From: Burkholderiales bacterium
GTDB taxonomy: Bacteria; Pseudomonadota; Gammaproteobacteria; Burkholderiales; Usitatibacteraceae
Direction: 5' to 3'
Assembly (NCBI GenBank): GCA_043784585.1
Contig: JAYVYF010000192.1
Coordinates: forward strand, 1 to 28,648
Length of the DNA: 28,648 bases
The notes beneath the pieces are model-generated. The model saw only the letters and a list, made by a program, of their open reading frames with translations. It was not told the origin of the DNA and ran no database searches. A program made the translations under genes and the position numbers. Below are positions 16,854 to 24,178 of this stretch, in pieces (the first letter of the stretch is position 1; each line of letters starts with the position of its first letter).

Positions 16854-18401
16854 ATGAAGTTAAAGCATATGAGAAATCTCAGCACCACGGCACTAGCCGC
16901 GACGCTGTTGAGTTCCGCCGTTGTTCTTACATTACCCGCGCAGGCATCCAGCCACCGTGAAGCACCTAACATTACACAATATCCAAAAGTGGATAATACG
17001 GATGTATATGCATTCCGCAGTTATGAACCCGGCCGCGATGGTTTCGTGACGCTGATTGCCAACTTCATTCCTTTGCAAGATTCCTACGGCGGCCCAAATT
17101 ATTTCACGATGGACCCGGACGCGGTTTATGAGATCCATATCAACAACAAGGGAGATGCACGGGAAGATTTGACGTTTCAATTCAAATTCAAGCAGACGTC
17201 AAAAGACATTTCACTTAACGTCGGCGGCAAAAGTATGGCTATTCCGCTGCGATACGCGGGGCCCATTTCGGATGTAAATCCTGGCACGCTTAACCAAAGC
17301 GAGAGCTATACGGTTAGTTTGATCAAAGGTCCACGCCGTCAAGCTTCCGGCATGGCAGGTTTTCTGACAAATCTCGCTGGCGGCGCAAGTGAGTTTCAAA
17401 AGCCGATTGATAACGTTGGCAACAAAACGATTCCTGATTACGCAGGCTATGCAAGCAAGCATATGTATAACGTTAGCATTCCGGGTTGCGCCACGCCTGG
17501 CAAGGTGTTTGTTGGCCAGCGCCGAGAAGGTTTTGGCGCAAATCTGGGCGAAATTTTTGACTTAATCAATATCCCGACCGCCAAAATTATTGGCAGCCGT
17601 ACCGGTTCGACCAACACGCTGGAGGGGAAAAATGTCACCTCTATTGCGCTGGAATTGCCGATCGCCTGTGTTACCAGGGCTGACGACCCCGTTATCGGTG
17701 TGTGGAGTTCGGCCAGCCTGCCACGTTCACGTTTGGTAGCCGACAAACCGACACCATTGCGCAGCATTATTCTGGACCGCAACCTGCAACAGGTATCACG
17801 TCTTTCCGCACCGCTCGTCAACGAACTGGTGATTGGTTTGAAGGACAAGGATACATTTAATGCCAGCGAGCCAAAAGATGACGGCCAGTTTGCCGACTAC
17901 GTGACCAACCCGACGCTGCCTGCGTTGATTGAGTTGCTGTATGGTGCTGACGGTGTGAAAGCGCCGACCGTGTTCCCGCGCACTGATTTGGTCGCCGCGT
18001 TTCTGACGGGTGTTCCGGGTGTTAATCAACCAAAGAATGTGGTCGGCTCGGAAATGATGCGCCTGAATACCGCGCTGCCAGTCACTCCCAAAGGTAAGCA
18101 AAACAGCCTCGGCGCAGCAGCATGTTTCGTCAATGGCGCCTTAACCTTGGCCAACGCAGGTTGCGATCCAGCCGGCTTCCCAAATGGTCGTCGTCCAGGC
18201 GACGATGTGGTGGATATTGCACTTCGCGTGGTGATGGGCTATTTGCTTCCGCCGGGCGCAGGCAAGCCTGCCAGTGCCGATTTGCCTTACACCGATGGCG
18301 TGTTGGTTGAAGACAGCCAGTTTGACAATGCATTCCCGTATCTGCGGACGCCTATTCCGGGCTCGCCTAACGGTAAAAACGGCGAATCGCCAAATATGTA
18401 A
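16854..18401 (+). CDS. DUF4331-domain exported protein
   Basis: Signal peptide ending AQA, then SSHREAP..DNTDVYAF; QVSRL..PLVNE, FPNGRRPGDDVVD, FPYL..P; SD AAGGAG. Confidence 0.9.
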   Translation: MKLKHMRNLSTTALAATLLSSAVVLTLPAQASSHREAPNITQYPKVDNTDVYAFRSYEPGRDGFVTLIANFIPLQDSYGGPNYFTMDPDAVYEIHINNKGDAREDLTFQFKFKQTSKDISLNVGGKSMAIPLRYAGPISDVNPGTLNQSESYTVSLIKGPRRQASGMAGFLTNLAGGASEFQKPIDNVGNKTIPDYAGYASKHMYNVSIPGCATPGKVFVGQRREGFGANLGEIFDLINIPTAKIIGSRTGSTNTLEGKNVTSIALELPIACVTRADDPVIGVWSSASLPRSRLVADKPTPLRSIILDRNLQQVSRLSAPLVNELVIGLKDKDTFNASEPKDDGQFADYVTNPTLPALIELLYGADGVKAPTVFPRTDLVAAFLTGVPGVNQPKNVVGSEMMRLNTALPVTPKGKQNSLGAAACFVNGALTLANAGCDPAGFPNGRRPGDDVVDIALRVVMGYLLPPGAGKPASADLPYTDGVLVEDSQFDNAFPYLRTPIPGSPNGKNGESPNM

Positions 18402-18430
18402 TTAAGCGCTGTAGCGCTACTTTAGTTGCC

Positions 18431-18480
18431 GCATCACCGTACCGCTGAGCCGATCATTGGGCTCAGCGGCAAGGTGGTGC
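18431..18480 (+). other. 50-nt intercistronic RNA hairpin after the DUF4331 gene
   Basis: Inner 10-bp perfect stem CCGCTGAGCC/GGCTCAGCGG plus outer 8-bp stem GCATCACC/GGTGGTGC (one G.U on the + strand); no U-tract. Confidence 0.65.
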
Positions 18481-18531
18481 CAGCACCTAAGCGAGCAATG
18501 AGCACAGCATCTAATTATTGGGAATTCAATC

Positions 18532-19770
18532 ATGCAAATTTGCCATAGCGTTATAGTACGCAGCCGCAAGTTGGCAGCCACCCTGCTCGCACCGTTAATT
18601 CTGCTGACGGTCAGCAATGTGTTGCTGGCGGCCCCCTACATTCCAACAAGTGATGCAACACCACTCACGCAACTATCAACCAAGCTTGCACCATCCGCTC
18701 AAGCTCAAACCCGAATTACACCCTCAAACAGGGCTATGCGAGCATTGCTGGCGCGTGATCCAAAAAATGTTGATCTGGCGGTGCGCATTGCACAGCTCTA
18801 TGTCTCCCGTTCGCGTAGCCAATCCGATCCGCGTCTGCTTGGCCAGGCGCAAGCAGCGCTGGGTGTCTGGTGGGCACAAGTCGAACCCCCGGTCCCGGTG
18901 CTACTGCTGCGGGCGACTATTCGTCAGACAAATCACGATTTTACTCAGGCCCGGCATGACCTTGAACAAGCGGTGACGCGCGAGCCAAGAAATTCACAGG
19001 CCTGGCTTACACTTGCGACCGTGCAGCAAGTCACGGGCAATCTAAAAAGCGCCGCTGAAAGTTGCGGTCATTTAGTACCAATTGCCCCCGGTTTGATCAG
19101 CACGACCTGTATCGCAAACGTAAATGGAGCGCAGGGGCAAGCGAGTCAGTCGTTTGACTTGCTAACGCGGGCACTGGCTGAATCGGCGGCCGACCGCAGC
19201 ACGACGCCAGGAGTAAAAACGTGGGTCTTGACCCTGCAGGCTGAACTGGCCGAGCGCTTGTCGCGAATGGCAGATGCCGAGCGGTTGTACCGCGCAAGCT
19301 TGGCGCTTGATCCGTCAGATGCTTATACGGTCGCCGCATTTTCCGATTTCCTGATTGATGCCGGTAGAGCTGGCGAGGTGTTGCCGCTGATTCCGGCCAC
19401 GACACCGACTGACATTTTATTGCTACGTCGTGCGATTGCGGCAAAGGCAATCGCAGCACCTGATTCGGCAATGCTGGCGGACTTGTTAGGCCAACGTTTT
19501 GCTGCGTCGCGGGCACGAGGAGATCGCGTACATCTTCGCGAAGAAGCACGTTTTGCACTGACAATTAAAAATGCACCTGATGAAGCATTGGACCTTGCCC
19601 GCGCGAACTGGGCCGTACAAAAAGAACCGCTTGATGCCCGCATTGCGCTAGAAGCGGCGCTTGCAGCCAAACGACCGGACGCAGCTCGCGAAATCGTTGC
19701 GTGGGTGGACAGCACAAAACTAGAAGGCAGTAAATTAGCGCAACTCACCACCTTGGCACGCACGCCATGA
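18532..19770 (+). CDS. exported tetratricopeptide-repeat protein
   Basis: Signal-peptide-like N-terminus; Ala/Leu-rich helical repeats (e.g. ARHDLEQAVTREPRNSQAW, AERLYRASLALDPSDAY). Confidence 0.8.
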   Translation: MQICHSVIVRSRKLAATLLAPLILLTVSNVLLAAPYIPTSDATPLTQLSTKLAPSAQAQTRITPSNRAMRALLARDPKNVDLAVRIAQLYVSRSRSQSDPRLLGQAQAALGVWWAQVEPPVPVLLLRATIRQTNHDFTQARHDLEQAVTREPRNSQAWLTLATVQQVTGNLKSAAESCGHLVPIAPGLISTTCIANVNGAQGQASQSFDLLTRALAESAADRSTTPGVKTWVLTLQAELAERLSRMADAERLYRASLALDPSDAYTVAAFSDFLIDAGRAGEVLPLIPATTPTDILLLRRAIAAKAIAAPDSAMLADLLGQRFAASRARGDRVHLREEARFALTIKNAPDEALDLARANWAVQKEPLDARIALEAALAAKRPDAAREIVAWVDSTKLEGSKLAQLTTLARTP

Positions 19771-20993
19771 TTGACCGGGTTATAGGACGTATTTTTGCGC
19801 CCGCGTCGTCGTTAATTCTCTCGTCGTTAATTCTAATGAGTGCCATGCTTGTCCATGCGCTGCCGGCGAGCGCCCACAAGGCCAGCGACAGCTTCCTTGC
19901 GCTACAAACAAAAGGCGCAAAAATCAGCGGCCAGTGGGATATTGCGCTGCGCGATCTCGATCTTGTGCTGGAACTTGATCGCGACGGCGACAATGTCATT
20001 AGCTGGGGAGAAGTGCGGACCCGGCAGGCCGACATCGACGCATATGCGCGTGCTGGCTTGGAGTTGAAGACGGGGCAAAGTGTGTGCCCGTGGGAGGTTA
20101 CCGACCATCTGATCGACAATCATACCGACGGCGCATACGTGGTGCTGAAATTAGCTGCGGTATGCCCCAGCGCTGTCACGGCCTTGACAGTCAACTATAA
20201 ATTACTGTTCGAGGTTGACGCGCAGCATCGAGGTTTACTTAAGCTTGAAATACTGCCGGCAGAAGGAGCCGCTCACACCATGAGCGCGGTTTTCCCGGTC
20301 GAGAATGCAACCCAAACGTTTAATGTTTCTGCAAATGGAGAAACGCCGATTCTGGCCAAGGCCGCGCAGTTGGGCACTTACGTTGCTGACGGTATAAAAC
20401 ATATCGCCATTGGTTTTGATCACATCCTGTTTCTGGTCGCGCTGCTGCTGCCTGCGGTACTAGTGCGGACGAAAGATGACCGCACAGGTGTTACACGCTG
20501 GATGCCGGTAGCAGATATGCACACCGCGTTTATAACTGTTCTAAAAATTGTGACAGCGTTCACTATCGCCCACTCGATCACGCTATCGCTCGCCGCGCTG
20601 GATGTCGTGCGCTTACCGTCGCGACTCGTTGAGTCCTTGATTGCGGTTTCCGTATTGGCCACGGCGTTGGACAATCTCTGGCCGTTTTTACCCAAGAAGC
20701 GCTGGTTGGTGGCGTTCTCGTTCGGGCTTATTCACGGCTTCGGCTTTGCCAGCGTGCTGGCGGATCTCAACCTGCCGAATTCATCGTTGCTGCTATCGCT
20801 GCTGGGGTTCAACATTGGCGTCGAGGTCGGGCAGCTGGCGTTGGTCGCGATTCTTATACCACTGGCGTATTTCACCCGCACCACCCGCGCTTATCCGCGC
20901 GTCGCGCTGCAAGCCGGGTCTGTTGCTATCGCTGCCGTCTCGCTTGGCTGGCTTCTGGAGCGCAGCCTCAATTTGCAGCTTATGCCTTTTTAA
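19767..20993 (+). CDS. HupE/UreJ-like (HupE_UreJ_2) membrane protein with an N-terminal periplasmic domain
   Basis: Signal peptide ending ASA then His; GIKHIAIGFDHILF, AFTIAHSITL, FGLIHGFGFA, FNIGVEVGQL; ATGA overlap with the TPR gene. Confidence 0.88.
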   Translation: MIDRVIGRIFAPASSLILSSLILMSAMLVHALPASAHKASDSFLALQTKGAKISGQWDIALRDLDLVLELDRDGDNVISWGEVRTRQADIDAYARAGLELKTGQSVCPWEVTDHLIDNHTDGAYVVLKLAAVCPSAVTALTVNYKLLFEVDAQHRGLLKLEILPAEGAAHTMSAVFPVENATQTFNVSANGETPILAKAAQLGTYVADGIKHIAIGFDHILFLVALLLPAVLVRTKDDRTGVTRWMPVADMHTAFITVLKIVTAFTIAHSITLSLAALDVVRLPSRLVESLIAVSVLATALDNLWPFLPKKRWLVAFSFGLIHGFGFASVLADLNLPNSSLLLSLLGFNIGVEVGQLALVAILIPLAYFTRTTRAYPRVALQAGSVAIAAVSLGWLLERSLNLQLMPF

Positions 20994-21067
20994 CAAAATC
21001 CATCCGTTTCACCGCTAACGTTTTACTCTTAGTACCAGCCTCAACTACTCCACTCAAAAAAGGAAAT

Positions 21068-21709
21068 ATGATGAAAAAGAAAATTGTGATTGCTACTTTC
21101 GCCTTACTGGGTTTAGGTGCTGCCGCACCCTCATATGCCCAATGGTATGTAGGCGCAAGCGTAGGTCGTTCGCATATCACCTTTGATAATGCAGCGCTCG
21201 CCGATCAATTTCTGGACTTGGGTTTTACCAGTGCGACTACCACCAGCAGCACACGCGGCACCGGCTATCGCGCATTCGGTGGCTACCAGTTGCAGAAATA
21301 TATTGCCGCAGAAGTAGCCTACATCGACGCAGGACGTTTCCAGTCCCATTCAGAAGTCACCCCTGCAGGCGTGTTGACGGGCTCAACTAAAATTGATGGT
21401 GTTGAAGTAGCCGCTGTAGGCACTTTACCGATTGGCGATCGTTTCAGTATTTTCGGGCGGGTCGGCGCATTTGCAGCAGATACACGGACATCTTATATGG
21501 GCCAAGTTTCAGTCAGCACGGTAACCGGTGGCGACATCCAGGAACGTCGACAGACCAGATTAAGCTACGGCGCAGGCGCCAGCTACAACATCGATAAAAA
21601 TGTTTCAGTGCGCGCCGATTGGTCACGTTACACCAAGCTTGGCGATGATTTCACCGGCGGCAAGACAGACGTTAACCTGTATGCGATTGGCGTGGTGTAC
21701 AAGTTTTAA
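21068..21709 (+). CDS. outer-membrane beta-barrel protein (OmpA-like transmembrane domain)
   Basis: Signal peptide ending SYA; WYVGASVG, FGGYQ, YGAGASY, VRADW; C-terminal aromatic residue (GVVYKF); SD AAGGA. Confidence 0.85.
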   Translation: MMKKKIVIATFALLGLGAAAPSYAQWYVGASVGRSHITFDNAALADQFLDLGFTSATTTSSTRGTGYRAFGGYQLQKYIAAEVAYIDAGRFQSHSEVTPAGVLTGSTKIDGVEVAAVGTLPIGDRFSIFGRVGAFAADTRTSYMGQVSVSTVTGGDIQERRQTRLSYGAGASYNIDKNVSVRADWSRYTKLGDDFTGGKTDVNLYAIGVVYKF

Positions 21710-21827
21710 ATCAGCTTGATAACGTTATTTTTATGGAGCCTAGTATTGGAGAGCATCCCCAGGCATAAATGCTTGTAGAATGCGCTCATTGCTAGGACCC
21801 ATAAAAGTTTGCTAATCCAATCCTGCT

Positions 21828-22697
21828 TTACTTGAGTTTGGTCCGCTCTAAAATCCCATCTAAATGCTCATAGTCTAGAAACGCAATAGTAAGCGAGCCT
21901 TTGCCTTTTTTGTCGGCTTTGAGTGAGACGCGCGTGCCCAGTTTTTCGGCGAGATCGTTCTCCAAATGGCGGGTATCGCTATCTGCGTTAGGTGCGGTTT
22001 TGGCTAATGCCGGTCGGTTAGTCTCGGCCTTAACTAGCCGCTCGGCGTCGCGCACGCTGAGGTTTTTGTGCACGATTTGATGCGCCAACTCCACCTGTTT
22101 CGATTTTACCAACGATAGCAGTGCACGGGCGTGCCCCATGTCGAGTTTGGCTTCCATCACCATGTCTTGCACCGGCTTTGCCAGTTCCAGTAGCCGCAGT
22201 AAATTGCTCACTGCCGCGCGCGATCGACCGACCGCTTGCGCCGCTTCTTCATGGGTGAGCTTGAATTCTTCGATCAGGCGAAAAATCCCTGCCGCCTCTT
22301 CCATGGCGTTCAAATCTTCGCGCTGGATATTTTCGATCAGGCCGATACCAAGCGCGGCATCATCCGCGATCTTGCGTACCAGCACCGGCACCGTGGCCAA
22401 GCCTGCAATCTGCGCGGCCCGCCAACGGCGCTCGCCGGCAATGATCTCAAATTTGCCATTTGCGACTTCGCGGGTGAGGATCGGCTGGACGATGCCGCGT
22501 TGCTTGATGGAAAGCGCTAGTTCCTCCAGCGCCGCACGATCCATGCGCGTGCGCGGCTGATATTTGCCGGGTACCAAATCGGAAGTTTTTAACTCGCGAA
22601 GTTCGCCTTGTGCAGGCGCGACGGCGTCGGCGCTAGTGTCAGATCTGCCGCCTAATAATGCGTCCAGGCCACGGCCCAACCCTTTGGTTTTAATCAT
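21828..22697 (-). CDS. parB: ParB/Spo0J chromosome-partitioning protein
   Basis: KGLGRGLDALL, PGKYQPR, IIAGERRWRAA (CTPase motif), ENIQREDL, HTH LTHEEAAQAVGRSRAAVSNLLRLL; start set at ATG 22697 (the track uses TTG 22733). Confidence 0.93.
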   Translation of the reverse strand: MIKTKGLGRGLDALLGGRSDTSADAVAPAQGELRELKTSDLVPGKYQPRTRMDRAALEELALSIKQRGIVQPILTREVANGKFEIIAGERRWRAAQIAGLATVPVLVRKIADDAALGIGLIENIQREDLNAMEEAAGIFRLIEEFKLTHEEAAQAVGRSRAAVSNLLRLLELAKPVQDMVMEAKLDMGHARALLSLVKSKQVELAHQIVHKNLSVRDAERLVKAETNRPALAKTAPNADSDTRHLENDLAEKLGTRVSLKADKKGKGSLTIAFLDYEHLDGILERTKLK

Positions 22698-22781
22698 GCT
22701 GTTTGCGGTCTTTATTAAGTTTGGGGTGGACAATCAATGCGCAATAAAATCAACGAAGAATTAAACGATAGCAGGAACAGT

Positions 22782-22810
22782 CAGTTTGCTCAGTTTTGCT
22801 CAGTTTTGCT
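22782..22810. repeat. near-perfect 10-bp tandem triplication spanning the response-regulator stop codon
   Basis: cagtttgct, cagttttgct, cagttttgct; the minus strand reads GCAAAACTGA twice, then GCAAACTGA. Confidence 0.85.
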
Positions 22811-24080
22811 CGGTCTTGCCGGAGGGGCGGATTCCAAGCTGTTTTAACTTTCGATAAAGATGGGTGCGCTCCAGCCCAACCTTATCCGCGACACGCGACA
22901 TATTGCCATCCTCGCGTCTGATGTGGTGCTGAAAATACTGAAACTCGAATCGTTCACGAGCTTCACGTAGCGGTAAATCATATTCTATGATGCCGTGAGC
23001 GGGTGCTGCGTTGCTGGCGGCGTCGAGTCCAAATTCGCGCGCTACCCTAGCTACATCCTCCGCTGAAATTTCGGTATTGAGGCCGGTCAGTGCCAGTGTT
23101 TTAACCGCATTTTGTAGTACGGGCAGATTGCCCGGCCACTCCAGATTTCTGAGCGCATTGAGCGCCCCGATGCTGAAATGACGCATGGGCGATTCATTAG
23201 CTTCCACCATTTGCAACATCACAGTGCCTGCTAATTCGGGAATATCTTCAGGATGTTCACGCAGTGATGGAACCCGCAATGTCACCCCGGACAGCTGCGT
23301 CAATAACGCGCCATCAAACGCGCCGCCCTCGATCAGCGGCCCCATCGATTGGGAAGCCGCTGCGACTAGGCGCACGTTAAATTTTTCAAGCTTGGTCAGT
23401 AGCTGCGCCAAGCCCTTTTGCTCATTGCGGGTCAGCAGTTCTATGTGTTCGATAAACAGCACACCGTCGCGCGCCTCGGCCAGCGACGCGAACGGATTCT
23501 CAGCGAGCCACGCATTGTTGGCAGGGGTTACCCAGGCGGTATTGCGCTGGTGGAGCATGCGCGCAATCAACTCAAAGCCGCAACCAGGCTCGCCGCTCAG
23601 CAAAAGTGGCACCTTCAGACGACTCACCTGATCGATGCGTTGCCGTAATTCCAGCATGATTTTAGCGCGGCCAAGATGTTCGAACGCCAAGCCAGGCTTG
23701 GGTGAGATGCGTCCGCCTTGAATCGCTTTGCCGACGGTGGCAATCAGCTTGGGCAGACTGATCGGCTTCTCCAAAAAGTCAAACGCACCTATTCTTGTGG
23801 CTTCGATGGCAGATTCAATCGTGCCGTGACCGGACATCATCACAACTGGCATCGTCAGCTGCCCGGTCGATGCCCACTCCTTAAGCAGTGAGATACCATC
23901 CATATCCGGCATCCAGATGTCGAGCAATACCAAGTCAGGACGCGCGGCGCGGCGCATGGCGCGTGCGGCCGCTGCATTTTCGGCGCACCTCACATCAAAC
24001 CCTTCGTCTTTGAGAATCTCCGAAAGCAACTCACGGATGCCGATTTCATCATCGACCACCAAAATATTATTTGCAGACAT
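22800..24080 (-). CDS. NtrX-like response regulator (receiver, degenerate AAA+, Fis-type HTH)
   Basis: ILVVDDE, LLDIWMPDMDG, FLEKP; GEPGCGFEL in place of Walker A; VADKVGLERTHLYRKLKQLG. Confidence 0.88.
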   Translation of the reverse strand: MSANNILVVDDEIGIRELLSEILKDEGFDVRCAENAAAARAMRRAARPDLVLLDIWMPDMDGISLLKEWASTGQLTMPVVMMSGHGTIESAIEATRIGAFDFLEKPISLPKLIATVGKAIQGGRISPKPGLAFEHLGRAKIMLELRQRIDQVSRLKVPLLLSGEPGCGFELIARMLHQRNTAWVTPANNAWLAENPFASLAEARDGVLFIEHIELLTRNEQKGLAQLLTKLEKFNVRLVAAASQSMGPLIEGGAFDGALLTQLSGVTLRVPSLREHPEDIPELAGTVMLQMVEANESPMRHFSIGALNALRNLEWPGNLPVLQNAVKTLALTGLNTEISAEDVARVAREFGLDAASNAAPAHGIIEYDLPLREARERFEFQYFQHHIRREDGNMSRVADKVGLERTHLYRKLKQLGIRPSGKTEQN

Positions 24081-24178
24081 ATTTCACACCTCAACTTGGC
24101 TTCATGATACGGCTAATGCGTTTGCAGCAGATTTATTACGAAATGGGGTGATGTGCTGAGCGTTTTGATTTTCTGCCA

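Noticed and set aside
19806-19834. 15-nt tandem duplication (SSLIL twice) in the HupE-like signal peptide
   Set aside because: Real but in frame and confined to a cleaved signal peptide; no evident consequence
20997-21022. Second ECF-like promoter (CATCC...CGTT) before the beta-barrel gene
   Set aside because: Spacing is 13 nt and the -10 element does not match CGTA
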